Source of the DNA: Sphingomonas sp. | GTDB taxonomy: Bacteria > Pseudomonadota > Alphaproteobacteria > Sphingomonadales > Sphingomonadaceae | DNA: 64,000 nucleotides | Direction: 5' to 3' | Assembly: GCA_035575755.1 (NCBI GenBank) | Contig: DATLXI010000018.1 | Location: 153,560 to 217,559 of the forward strand | Shown: positions 37,794 to 47,077 of the stretch, in pieces | Position numbering within the stretch: the first letter of the stretch is position 1 | Layout: the number at the start of each line of letters is the position of its first letter | Translations under genes and position numbers: made by a program | Notes under the pieces: generated by a model | Database searches by the model: none | The model's input: the letters and a program-made list of their open reading frames with translations, nothing else | Told to the model about the DNA's origin: nothing

Positions 37794-39631
37794 CAGTTAT
37801 CCTTCTCGATACGGACGAGCAGCGTGCCCTCGGTCACCTGACCGCCCTCGACCGCGGTGAGGTCGGCGACCGTCCCGTCGAACGGCGCGGTCAGCGAATG
37901 CTCCATCTTCATCGCCTCGAGCGTGACAAGCTTCTGGCCCTTGGTGACGGCATCGCCCGCCGCCACGTCGACCGCGATGATGCGGCCGGGCATTGGCGAC
38001 AAAATCGCGCCGTCCGCCGCACCGCCAGCCGCCACTCCGGACGCTCGCCAGAGCTTTAGCTGCCAGGTCTGGCCAGCCTCGGAAATGAGCACGTCTTCGA
38101 AGGCCGGCATCGTTCCGGCATGTCCGTCGAGTTCGACCTCGACCGGTTCGCCGTCCAGCAGGAACGTTGCGCTCCGGCGGGGGACGGCGTTGAGGCGGAA
38201 GCCCGCGATAGGATCGGCGGATACGAGCGCCCCGGCAGCTTCTTCCAAAGCCTCTTCGGTCGGGTGCGTTGGCGGCATGAGTGCGTCGCCTTCGCGGGCG
38301 ATCAGGCCTGTGTCGAGCGTGCCCGCCACGAAGTCAGGGTGGTCGAGCGCCTCGACCAAGAACCCCGCATTGGAGCGTACCGGCCAAACGACTGCGCCGT
38401 CGAGCGCGTCCGCCAGTGCCTCCCGTGCGATTTCACGATCCTCACCCCAGGCGATGACCTTGGCGATCATCGGGTCGTAGAAGGGCGAGATTACAGCGCC
38501 CTGCTCCACCCCGGTATCGACGCGGGCGGTGGTGCCGAGATCGAAGCGTTCGAGCGTACCAATGGAAGGCAGGAATCCCTTGGCGGGGTCCTCGGCATAT
38601 AACCGAGCTTCCATCGCCCAACCGTCGATCGCCAGTTCCTCCTGACGCTTGGGCAAAGGCTCGCCGCTGGCGACGCGGAGTTGCCATTCGACGAGGTCCT
38701 GCCCCGTAATTTCTTCCGTCACCGGATGCTCGACCTGCAGCCGCGTGTTCATTTCCATGAACCAGATGCGGTCGGCGCGGAGGCCTTCGCTGGCGTCGGC
38801 GATGAATTCGATCGTGCCGGCGCCGACGTAATCGACCGCCTTGGCGGCCTTTACCGCGGCGGCGCAGATCGCTTCGCGGGTGGCGGCGTCCATGCCGGGT
38901 GCGGGCGCTTCCTCGATCACCTTCTGGTGGCGGCGCTGGAGCGAGCAGTCGCGTTCGAACAGATGGACGACGTTGCCGTGGGTGTCGCCGAAGACCTGCA
39001 CTTCGATATGGCGGGGCGAGAGGATGTATTTCTCGATCAGGACGGCGGTGTTGCCGAACGACGAGGCCGCCTCGCGCTGGCACGAGACGAGCGCGTCGGC
39101 GAACTCCGCGGCCGTATCGACGCGGCGCATGCCCTTGCCGCCGCCGCCGGCGACCGCCTTGATGAGGACGGGATAGCCGATCGCGTCGGCCTCGCGCTGC
39201 AGCCTTTCGGGGGACTGGTCCTCGCCGAGATAGCCAGGCGTCGCGGGGACGCCCGCGGCGATCATGCGCTGTTTCGCGGCGTCCTTCAGGCCCATTGCGC
39301 GGATGCTGTCAGGGTTCGGACCGACCCAGATCAGCCCGGCGTCGAGCACGGCTTGCGCGAAGTCGGCATTTTCCGAGAGGAAGCCGTAGCCGGGGTGGAT
39401 CGCCTCGGCGCCTGTGTCTCGCGCGGCGGCGATGATGCGGTCGCCGACGAGATAGCTTTCGCGCGCCGGGGATGCGCCGATGTGTACGGCTTCGTCGGCG
39501 TGGCGGACGTGGAGCGCGTTTGCATCGGCATCGGAATAGACGGCGATCGTGCGGATGCCGAGCGCTCGCGCGGTGCGGATGATGCGGCAGGCGATCTCGC
39601 CGCGATTGGCGATCAGGAGCGACGCGATCAT
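37793..39631 (-). CDS. liuD: 3-methylcrotonyl-CoA carboxylase alpha subunit (biotin carboxylase + carrier)
   Basis: LIANRGEIA, GGGGKGMR, RDCSLQRRHQK, EAMKM; operon context with ivd. Confidence 0.88.
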   Translation of the reverse strand: MIASLLIANRGEIACRIIRTARALGIRTIAVYSDADANALHVRHADEAVHIGASPARESYLVGDRIIAAARDTGAEAIHPGYGFLSENADFAQAVLDAGLIWVGPNPDSIRAMGLKDAAKQRMIAAGVPATPGYLGEDQSPERLQREADAIGYPVLIKAVAGGGGKGMRRVDTAAEFADALVSCQREAASSFGNTAVLIEKYILSPRHIEVQVFGDTHGNVVHLFERDCSLQRRHQKVIEEAPAPGMDAATREAICAAAVKAAKAVDYVGAGTIEFIADASEGLRADRIWFMEMNTRLQVEHPVTEEITGQDLVEWQLRVASGEPLPKRQEELAIDGWAMEARLYAEDPAKGFLPSIGTLERFDLGTTARVDTGVEQGAVISPFYDPMIAKVIAWGEDREIAREALADALDGAVVWPVRSNAGFLVEALDHPDFVAGTLDTGLIAREGDALMPPTHPTEEALEEAAGALVSADPIAGFRLNAVPRRSATFLLDGEPVEVELDGHAGTMPAFEDVLISEAGQTWQLKLWRASGVAAGGAADGAILSPMPGRIIAVDVAAGDAVTKGQKLVTLEAMKMEHSLTAPFDGTVADLTAVEGGQVTEGTLLVRIEKDN

Positions 39632-40113
39632 TGCGCGGGGCATCCGGTGGTGCGCGACGACCAGCTGACGTTGGCGATCTTCCAGCGGCCGGCCTCGCGG
39701 ACCATGTCGAAATGATCGGTGCCGCAATGCGCGACCTTGCCGTCGATCGTGAAGACGTACGGCGACCAGACCATCGCGATGTCGCCGTCGATATCGACCG
39801 CGGGATCGACGAGGCGTTCGGCATAGTGCTCGGGACCGGGCTTCAGCGCGGCGGCGAAGTCGGCCCAGCTCGTGCGGCGGACCGTGCGCGTGCCGTCGGG
39901 CTTTTCCTCGACCGCGGTGGCGCCGCCGTCGGGGCGAACCTGCGCAAGGATCGCCTGGCCGTCGCGGGCGGCGAGCGCGGCGAACAGCGCCTCGATCGGG
40001 ACCATGACGCCGGCGTCTTCGGTTAGTGGCGCAGGCGGCAGGCCGGTGCCCTTGACGATCGGCTGGACCGGCGTGACTTGCCCTGCGGCAAGCAGAATAG
40101 ACAGCAGGATCAT
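39628..40113 (-). CDS. NTF2/SnoaL-like protein with N-terminal signal-like sequence
   Basis: MILLSILLAAGQ; DGDIAMVWSPY.F.IDG..HCGTDHF...GRWKIANV. Confidence 0.75.
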   Translation of the reverse strand: MILLSILLAAGQVTPVQPIVKGTGLPPAPLTEDAGVMVPIEALFAALAARDGQAILAQVRPDGGATAVEEKPDGTRTVRRTSWADFAAALKPGPEHYAERLVDPAVDIDGDIAMVWSPYVFTIDGKVAHCGTDHFDMVREAGRWKIANVSWSSRTTGCPAQ

Positions 40114-40117
40114 CGGG

Positions 40118-41719
40118 TTACATCCTGAACACGCCGAACGCGGGGCGTTCGGGGATGGGAGCGTTGAGCGTTGCGGCAAAGGCGAGGCCGAGCACGTCGC
40201 GGGTCTGCGCGGGATCGATGATGCCGTCGTCCCACAGCCGCGCGGTGGCGTACCAGGGATTGCCCTCGTCCTCATATTTGGCGCGGACGGGCGCCTTGAA
40301 GGCTTCGGCCTGGTCTGGCGTCCAGCTGTCGGCATCGCGGTGGACGGTGGCGAGGACCGACGCGGCCTGCTCGCCGCCCATCACGCTGATCCGGCTGTTG
40401 GGCCAGGTGAACAGGAAGCGCGGCGAATAGGCGCGGCCGCACATGCCGTAATTGCCCGCACCAAAGCTGCCGCCGATGAGCACGGTGATCTTGGGCACGG
40501 TCGCGGTGGCGACCGCGGTGACGAGCTTCGCGCCGTGCTTGGCGATGCCCTCCGCCTCGTATTTGCCGCCGACCATGAAGCCAGAAATGTTCTGGAGGAA
40601 CAGCAGCGGGATTTTTCGCTGGCACGCGAGTTCGATGAAATGCGCGCCCTTCTGCGCACTCTCGCTGAACAGCACGCCGTTGTTGGCGAGGATCGCGACC
40701 GGGATGCCCCAGATGTGCGCGAAGCCGCAGACGAGGCTGGTGCCGTAGAGCGCCTTGAACTCGTGGAACTCGCTGCCGTCGACGAGGCGCGCGATGACTT
40801 CGTGGACGTCATAGGGCGCACGAACGTCCGAGGGCACGATGCCGTACAGCTCTTCGGCCGCGAATTTGGGCGGGCGGGGTTGCTGGAGGTTCACCGCGGT
40901 CTGCGCCTGCGGCTGCAGCGTCGAGACGATATCGCGGACGATCGTCAGCGCGTGCTCGTCATTCTCGGCGACGTGATCGACCACGCCCGAGCGGCGGCCG
41001 TGCGTGTCGGCACCACCCAGTTCCTCGGCCGAGATGACCTCCCCGGTCGCCGCCTTCACCAACGGGGGGCCGGCGAGGAAGATCGTCCCCTGGCCGCGGA
41101 CGATGATCGTCTCGTCGGACATGGCGGGGACGTAGGCGCCGCCCGCGGTGCAGCTGCCCATGACGCAGGCGATCTGCGGGATGCCCAGCGCGGACATCTG
41201 CGCCTGGTTGAAGAAGATGCGGCCGAAGTGATCGCGGTCGGGAAAGACCTCTGCCTGATGCGGGAGGTTCGCGCCGCCGCTGTCGACGAGATAGATGCAG
41301 GGGAGCCGGTTTTCCTGTGCGATTTCCTGGGCGCGGAGATGTTTCTTCACGGTGAGCGGGAAGTAGGTGCCGCCCTTCACCGTCGCGTCGTTGCAGAGAA
41401 TCATGCACTGGCGGCCGGAGACGCGGCCGATTCCGGCGATGAGCCCGGCGCCGGGGACGTCATCGTCGTAGAGGCCGTTGGCGACGAGCTGGCCGATTTC
41501 GAGGAACGGTGAGCCGGGGTCGAGCAGGCGTTCGACGCGATCGCGCGGGAGGAGCTTGCCGCGCGACGTGTGGCGCTCGCGGGACTTAGCGTTGCCGCCT
41601 AGCGCGGTGCGGGCCACGTCTACGCGGAGGGTTTCGGCGAGCGCGCGGTTGTGGGCGGCGTTCGCGCGGAAGGTTTCGGTTTCGGGGGATAGGGCGGAGG
41701 TGAGGACGGGGGCGGTCAC
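40118..41719 (-). CDS. liuB: 3-methylcrotonyl-CoA carboxylase beta subunit (carboxyltransferase)
   Basis: [40 protein letters not shown]. Confidence 0.92.
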   Translation of the reverse strand: MTAPVLTSALSPETETFRANAAHNRALAETLRVDVARTALGGNAKSRERHTSRGKLLPRDRVERLLDPGSPFLEIGQLVANGLYDDDVPGAGLIAGIGRVSGRQCMILCNDATVKGGTYFPLTVKKHLRAQEIAQENRLPCIYLVDSGGANLPHQAEVFPDRDHFGRIFFNQAQMSALGIPQIACVMGSCTAGGAYVPAMSDETIIVRGQGTIFLAGPPLVKAATGEVISAEELGGADTHGRRSGVVDHVAENDEHALTIVRDIVSTLQPQAQTAVNLQQPRPPKFAAEELYGIVPSDVRAPYDVHEVIARLVDGSEFHEFKALYGTSLVCGFAHIWGIPVAILANNGVLFSESAQKGAHFIELACQRKIPLLFLQNISGFMVGGKYEAEGIAKHGAKLVTAVATATVPKITVLIGGSFGAGNYGMCGRAYSPRFLFTWPNSRISVMGGEQAASVLATVHRDADSWTPDQAEAFKAPVRAKYEDEGNPWYATARLWDDGIIDPAQTRDVLGLAFAATLNAPIPERPAFGVFRM

Positions 41720-41722
41720 TTA

Positions 41723-41745
41723 CCCTCTCCCCTGCAGGGAGAGGG
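41723..41745. repeat. CCCTCTCCC-type REP palindrome (single unit)
   Basis: CCCTCTCCC-CTGCA-GGGAGAGGG. Confidence 0.65.
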
Positions 41746-41759
41746 GTTCAGGATCGCAC

Positions 41760-42926
41760 TCACTGCATCACCTTGGGCGCAGCGCCGATGAGTTCGCGGC
41801 CAATCAGCATCCGGCGAATTTCGTTCGTGCCCGCGCCGATGTCGAGCAGTTTCGCATCGCGCATGAACCGCTCGACTGGCCAGTCCTTGGTGTACCCTGC
41901 CCCGCCGAGCGCCTGGATCGCCTCGAGCGACACCTTTACCGCGCTCTCGCTCGCCAGCAGGATCGCGCCGGCCGCGTCGAACCGCGTGGTCTTGCCCGCA
42001 TCGCACGACTTGGCGACCGCGTAGACGTACGCACGCGCCGAGCTCAGCGCGACGTACATGTCGGCGACCTTCGCCTGGATCAGCTGGAACTGGCCGATCG
42101 GCGTCCCGAACTGCTTCCGCTCGCGCACGTAAGGGATGACCACGTCGAGGCACGCCTGCATGATGCCGAGCTGGATCCCCGCGAGCACCGCGCGCTCGTA
42201 ATCGAGGCCCGACATCAGCACGCCGACGCCGCCATTCTCCGGCCCCATGACGTTCTCCGCCGGCACTTCGCAATCGGTGAAGACGAGTTCCGCCGTGGGC
42301 GACCCACGCATGCCCATCTTGTCGATCTTCTGGCCGATCGCGAAGCCGGGCATGTCTTTCTCGATCAGGAACGCGGTGATCCCGCGCGAGCCCTCACCGG
42401 TCTTCGCGTAGACGACCAGCGTGTCGGCATAGGCCGCGTTGGTGATCCAGAACTTGGTGCCGTTGAGGATATAGCCGGTGTCGGTCTTCACCGCCTTGAG
42501 CTTCATCGAAACGACGTCGGAACCGGCGCCGGCTTCGGACATGGCGAGGCTGCCGACATGCTCGCCCGAGACGAGCTTCGGCAGGTATTTCGCCTTCTGC
42601 TCCGGGTTACCCCAGCGGCGGATCTGGTTGACGCACAGGTTCGAATGCGCGCCGTAGCTGAGGCCGATCGACGCGGAGGCGCGGCTGACTTCCTCGACCG
42701 CGACGACATGCTCGAGATAACCGAGGCCAAGGCCGCCATACTCCTCCTCGACGGTGATGCCGTGCAGGCCGAGCTCGCCCATCGCCGGCCACAGCTCGCG
42801 AGGAAACCAGTCGTCGGCGTCGATCTTCGCCGCGAGCGGCGCGATCTTGTCGGCGGCAAAGCGGTGCGTGCTCTCGCGGATCATGTCCGCCGATTCACCC
42901 AGCGCGAAATCGAAGTCGGGTATCAT
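41760..42926 (-). CDS. ivd: Isovaleryl-CoA dehydrogenase
   Basis: [45 protein letters not shown]. Confidence 0.93.
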   Translation of the reverse strand: MIPDFDFALGESADMIRESTHRFAADKIAPLAAKIDADDWFPRELWPAMGELGLHGITVEEEYGGLGLGYLEHVVAVEEVSRASASIGLSYGAHSNLCVNQIRRWGNPEQKAKYLPKLVSGEHVGSLAMSEAGAGSDVVSMKLKAVKTDTGYILNGTKFWITNAAYADTLVVYAKTGEGSRGITAFLIEKDMPGFAIGQKIDKMGMRGSPTAELVFTDCEVPAENVMGPENGGVGVLMSGLDYERAVLAGIQLGIMQACLDVVIPYVRERKQFGTPIGQFQLIQAKVADMYVALSSARAYVYAVAKSCDAGKTTRFDAAGAILLASESAVKVSLEAIQALGGAGYTKDWPVERFMRDAKLLDIGAGTNEIRRMLIGRELIGAAPKVMQ

Positions 42927-43009
42927 TAGCAGCCTCTCCAGACCTTGTGTTGACGCCATGCTACCGCGTCTCGCGCGCGTTGAGAAATTGATACGACCGA
43001 ACACATGCG

Positions 43010-43024
43010 ATAGATCCGGTCTAT
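43010..43024. promoter_or_regulatory. LysR-type binding site
   Basis: ATAG-ATCCGGT-CTAT (T-N11-A dyad) between ivd and the divergent LysR gene. Confidence 0.65.
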
Positions 43025-43036
43025 GGTGATCCGGCT

Positions 43037-43912
43037 ATGATAGAACGGTACGTGGTGCGCTATTTCCTGGCGGTGGTCGATCAGGGCAATTTTACGCGCG
43101 CCGCCGCGCAGTGCCGGGTTTCGCAGCCGACCTTGTCGGTGGGCATCGCCAAGCTGGAAGAAGCGCTTGGCCAGACGCTGTTCCTGCGGACCAACCGGCG
43201 GATCGAGCTGACGCCCTCGGGTACCCGGCTGGCGGTTCACGCGCGGCGGATCGAGGCGGAGTTCGCCGCCGCCGAGCGCGACCTGCAGGACACTGTTCCG
43301 ACCAAACTCGTCCGCCTCGGGATCGCGACCACGCTGCCGCCGTCGTGGATCGCGGCTGCACTCGGCCGGGCACGGGGAGCCTCTGCCACCGAGCGCCTCG
43401 AAGTGGTCGAAGGACGCAGCAGCGAATTGGTCGCGCTGCTCGACCGGGGACGGATCGACGTGATGCTCGGGGCGATCGGCGACGATCCGCGCGGCCGCAC
43501 GCTGTTCGAGGAGGGGTTCGCGGTCGCGGTCTCGAACGACCACCGCCTGGCCGGGCGAACGTCGCTCGCGGTCGCCGACGTGGCCGAGGAAACCATGATC
43601 GTCCGCCGCCACTGCGAAGCGCTGGCGGAGACGAGCCGGTTCTTCACCGCGCGCGGCGTGCGCCCGTTCATGGCGGCGCGCACCGTCAGCGACGACCGCG
43701 CGCTGGCCTATGTCCGCGCCGGGCTGGGGATGACGGTGATGCCAAGGTGTTTTGCGAGCGAGGGGATCGCGATGGTCCCGCTGACCGGGTTCGACGTCAC
43801 GCGCCGCGTCGGGCTGATGATCGCGTCGGATTCCGCCTCACGGATCGCGGGCAGCGCGATGGTGCAGGCGATCGAGGCGACGTTCCGGGAGATGCACGCA
43901 ACGACAGCTTAA
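43037..43912 (+). CDS. LysR-family transcriptional regulator
   Basis: YFLAVVDQGNFTRAA...SQPTLS..I..LE..LG..LF.R. Confidence 0.92.
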   Translation: MIERYVVRYFLAVVDQGNFTRAAAQCRVSQPTLSVGIAKLEEALGQTLFLRTNRRIELTPSGTRLAVHARRIEAEFAAAERDLQDTVPTKLVRLGIATTLPPSWIAAALGRARGASATERLEVVEGRSSELVALLDRGRIDVMLGAIGDDPRGRTLFEEGFAVAVSNDHRLAGRTSLAVADVAEETMIVRRHCEALAETSRFFTARGVRPFMAARTVSDDRALAYVRAGLGMTVMPRCFASEGIAMVPLTGFDVTRRVGLMIASDSASRIAGSAMVQAIEATFREMHATTA

Positions 43913-43988
43913 GCCGGCGAGTGGACGTCTCGGCCAAGTCTCAGATGTGCTGTCTGGAAGGTACCGGCGAGCCGGTCGTCAACGGAAA

Positions 43989-44064
43989 TGGTGGAGCCGA
44001 GGGGGATCGAACCCCTGACCTTTCGCATGCCATGCGAACGCTCTCCCAGCTGAGCTACGGCCCC
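43989..44064 (-). tRNA. tRNA-Ala(GGC)
   Basis: GGGGCCGTAGCTCAGCTGGGAGAGCG TTCGC ATGGCAT GCGAA AGGTC AGGGG TTCGATC CCCCT CGGCTCC ACCA; G3:U70 present. Confidence 0.97.
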
Positions 44065-44147
44065 ATTCCCGTTGGGAGGCGGGTCACTAACCGGACCCGC
44101 CCGGGTTGGCAAGCGGCGTGAATGCCGCCTGCCAAAATTATTCGAAC

Positions 44148-44474
44148 TTAACGCTCGTGTTCATCCTGCGGCGTCTCGACGCCGAGGTCGTCGTCACCGC
44201 CGAGATCGACTTCGTCGTCGGCCGAGGGCTCTTCGTCCTCGCCAGTGATCGAGGCGATGTCCTCTTCCTCGTCACCCTCAAGATCCGCGTCGGGCTTCTT
44301 GGTGTCGGGCTTGGCGACTTCGAACGGCAACGGCTGCTTCGACTTTAGGATGGGCTCGGGCTCCCACGCATACCCGCATTCGATGCAGGTCACGGGGTCG
44401 GCTTTGTCGAGGTCGTAGAAACGCGTCGCGCATTTCGGGCACGAACGTTTCGTGCCCCATTCCGGCTTGATCAT
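44148..44474 (-). CDS. FYDLN acid domain protein (TIGR02300 family)
   Basis: WGTKRSCPKCATRFYDL..CIECG zinc ribbon with acidic tail. Confidence 0.9.
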   Translation of the reverse strand: MIKPEWGTKRSCPKCATRFYDLDKADPVTCIECGYAWEPEPILKSKQPLPFEVAKPDTKKPDADLEGDEEEDIASITGEDEEPSADDEVDLGGDDDLGVETPQDEHER

Positions 44475-44572
44475 GCCGATAGAACCTTTCGAATGGATAG
44501 ATTGTGGGGGATGCCCCCGCAAAGTGGGCGCGCCTTGCCATAGCGCAAGGCCACTGTCAAAAGCCCGGCCCC

Positions 44573-45907
44573 ATGGCACACCCCCTTCCCCAACCCTTAG
44601 ACGTGGTTTCGCGCGGTCCTTTGACCGGTTCGATCGCAGTCCCCGGCGACAAGTCGATCAGCCACCGTGCACTGATGTTCGCGAGCCTCGCGGTCGGCAC
44701 CAGCCGGATCGAGGGCTTGCTGGAGGGCGAGGACGTGCTCGCCACGGCTGCGGCGATGCGGGCGATGGGGGCTACTATCGAGCGCGGCGATGACGGCATC
44801 TGGACGGTGGACGGCGTCGGGGTCGGTGGACTGCTCCAGCCGAAGACGGCGCTGGAGATGGGCAATTCGGGCACGTCGACGCGGTTGCTGATGGGGCTGG
44901 TGTCGAGCCATCCGATCACCTGCACCTTTACCGGCGACGCCTCACTGTCGGGACGGCCGATGGGGCGGGTGATCGAGCCGCTGTCGCAGATGGGGGCGGA
45001 TATCACGTCGTCGCCGGGCGGGCGGCTGCCACTGATGGTGCGCGGGATGTGCCCGGCGGTACCGATCACCTACACGCTGCCGGTCGCGTCGGCGCAGGTG
45101 AAGTCGGCGATTCTACTCGCGGGGCTGAACACGCCGGGGATCACCACGGTGATCGAGCCGGTCGCGACGCGCGATCATAGCGAGCGGATGCTGACCGGGT
45201 TCGGCGCCAAGCTGACGGTCGAGGAGACCGATGCGGGCCGGGTGATCTCGATCACCGGCGAGGCGGAGTTGACCCCGCAGGACATCGTCGTGCCGGGCGA
45301 TCCGTCGTCGTCCGCCTTCTGGCTAGTCGCGGCGTCGATCGTGCCGGGCTCGGATATCGTGGTGCGCAATGTCGGGTTGAACCCGACGCGGATCGGGATC
45401 GTCACCGCGCTGCGCATGATGGGCGCGGACATCACCGAACTCGACCCGCGCACCGTCGGCGGTGAGCCGGTCGCCGATCTTCGTGTGCGTCATGCACCGC
45501 TCACCGCGATCGAGGTGCCGGCCGATCTCGCGCCGAGCATGATCGACGAATATCCTGTGCTGTTCGTCGCCGCCGCGTTCGCGACCGGCACGACCGTCGC
45601 GCGCGGCGCGCACGAGCTGCGCGTCAAGGAATCGGACCGGATCACGACGATGCGGATCGCGCTCGAAGCGTGCGGCGTGGCGTGCGAGGAATATGAGGAC
45701 GGCATGGCGATCACCGGCTCCGGCGGCGCTGCGATCCGCGGCGGCGCTCGGATCGCCTCGAAACTCGACCACCGCATCGCAATGAGCATGGTGGTGGCTG
45801 GACTTGGGAGCGCGGAGCCGATCACGATCGACGATGTATCGCCGGTGGCGACGAGCTATCCCGTGTTCTTCCGGTCGCTCGACGTGCTGACCGGCCAGGG
45901 GAATTAA
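44573..45907 (+). CDS. aroA: EPSP synthase, class II
   Basis: GDKSISHR, SAQVKS, RDHSE, NPTR, LRVKESDR, DHRIAM. Confidence 0.96.
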   Translation: MAHPLPQPLDVVSRGPLTGSIAVPGDKSISHRALMFASLAVGTSRIEGLLEGEDVLATAAAMRAMGATIERGDDGIWTVDGVGVGGLLQPKTALEMGNSGTSTRLLMGLVSSHPITCTFTGDASLSGRPMGRVIEPLSQMGADITSSPGGRLPLMVRGMCPAVPITYTLPVASAQVKSAILLAGLNTPGITTVIEPVATRDHSERMLTGFGAKLTVEETDAGRVISITGEAELTPQDIVVPGDPSSSAFWLVAASIVPGSDIVVRNVGLNPTRIGIVTALRMMGADITELDPRTVGGEPVADLRVRHAPLTAIEVPADLAPSMIDEYPVLFVAAAFATGTTVARGAHELRVKESDRITTMRIALEACGVACEEYEDGMAITGSGGAAIRGGARIASKLDHRIAMSMVVAGLGSAEPITIDDVSPVATSYPVFFRSLDVLTGQGN

Positions 45908-45908
45908 G

Positions 45909-46547
45909 ATGATCATCGCAGTCGACGGTCCGGCGGCATCGGGCAAGGGCACGATCGCGCGGGCCTTGGCCAAGCATTATGGGCTGCCGTATCTCGATAC
46001 CGGGCTGCTGTACCGCGCGGTCGCGCTGAGCGTCGCGCGGATGGGGCTCGACCCGGAGCAGGAAGCCGACGCGGTCGCCGCGTGCGATTTCAGCGATGCG
46101 GTGCTGAGCGATCCGGCGTTGCGCGATGACGATATCGGCGCGCTCGCATCGGTAGTGTCGGCGCATCCGCTGGTGCGCGCGGCGTTGCTGCACCGACAGA
46201 AGCGGTTTGCGGCGCAGGAGGGTGGCGCGATTCTCGACGGGCGCGATATCGGGACGGTGATCGCGCCGGATGCCGATGCGAAGCTGTTCGTGAAGGCTAC
46301 GCCGAACATTCGCGCGCAGCGGCGGCATGCCGAGCTGCAGGCGCGCGGCGGGACGGCGAGCAAGGATCGTGTGCTCGCGGATATTCGGGCGCGGGATGCG
46401 CGGGATAGCGGGCGGTCGACCGCGCCGTTGGTGATGGCGGCGGATGCGGCGCTGCTGGATACGAGTTTTCTGTCGATCGAGGCGTCGGTGCAGCGGGCGG
46501 TTGCGTTGGTCGAGGCGCAGCGGGCGAAGAAGGCCGCTTCGGTTTAA
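45909..46547 (+). CDS. cmk: Cytidylate kinase
   Basis: DGPAASGKGT, LDTGLLYR, LDGRDIGT. Confidence 0.95.
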   Translation: MIIAVDGPAASGKGTIARALAKHYGLPYLDTGLLYRAVALSVARMGLDPEQEADAVAACDFSDAVLSDPALRDDDIGALASVVSAHPLVRAALLHRQKRFAAQEGGAILDGRDIGTVIAPDADAKLFVKATPNIRAQRRHAELQARGGTASKDRVLADIRARDARDSGRSTAPLVMAADAALLDTSFLSIEASVQRAVALVEAQRAKKAASV

Positions 46548-46569
46548 GGTTTCTGCCCACCTGGGCGAG

Positions 46570-46681
46570 CGCACCACCCCGGCGAAGGCCGGGGCCCAAT
46601 TGGAACGTCCGCAGTAACGAAGCTCGGTCCGCAGTTGGCGACCTCCCCCAATTGGGCCCCGGCCTTCGCCGGGGTGGTGCG
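46570..46681. repeat. REP doublet (CGTC-family variant)
   Basis: CGCACCACCCCGGCGAAGGCCGGGGCCCAATTGG ... CCAATTGGGCCCCGGCCTTCGCCGGGGTGGTGCG. Confidence 0.85.
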
Positions 46682-46714
46682 AAGTTGGGGTGAGCCACCG
46701 TAACCCAACCCTGT

Positions 46715-46765
46715 TTCTCCCGCGAAGGCGGGGACCCAGACTGGGCTCCCGCCTTCGCGGGAGAA
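46715..46765. repeat. REP doublet with 1-nt spacer
   Basis: TTCTCCCGCGAAGGCGGGGACCCAG-A-CTGGGCTCCCGCCTTCGCGGGAGAA. Confidence 0.8.
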
Positions 46766-47019
46766 CAAGGACGCGGGCCTTGGCTCTTCGATTCCAGTGC
46801 ACCCCTTATTGCGACGTACAGCGCGGCGGCGCCCTACGAGGCGAACTTGCTCCGAGAGCCGGTTTCGTCTATACGGAACCGTCCGGCGAGCGATGCTCGT
46901 GGAGGAAGGCGCGGAGACCTCTGAGTCTCACGCGCCGTTTTCGCATTCAGCGTCTACGTCCTCCGCAGCCTTCGTGTCGTCCGGATGCTGCGCCGGCGTT
47001 CGGTCGTCGCGGCAACGAA

Positions 47020-47050
47020 GGCCAAGACCAGCGGACCCAACCGCTTGGCC
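47020..47050 (+). promoter_or_regulatory. rpsA leader stem-loop
   Basis: GGCCAA-GACCA-GCGG-ACCCAA-CCGC-TTGGCC, 27 nt before the ATG. Confidence 0.5.
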
Positions 47051-47077
47051 GGAAACAGACTAGGATTACTGAATTCT

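Noticed and set aside
44573-45907. aroA as an acquired CP4-type glyphosate-resistance gene
   Set aside because: Native aroA-cmk-rpsA context; active-site loop reads GNSGT (Gly), not the CP4 GNAAT.
46570-46765. Clustered palindromes as a CRISPR array or IS ends
   Set aside because: They are inverted doublets, not direct repeats with unique spacers; no cas or transposase genes.
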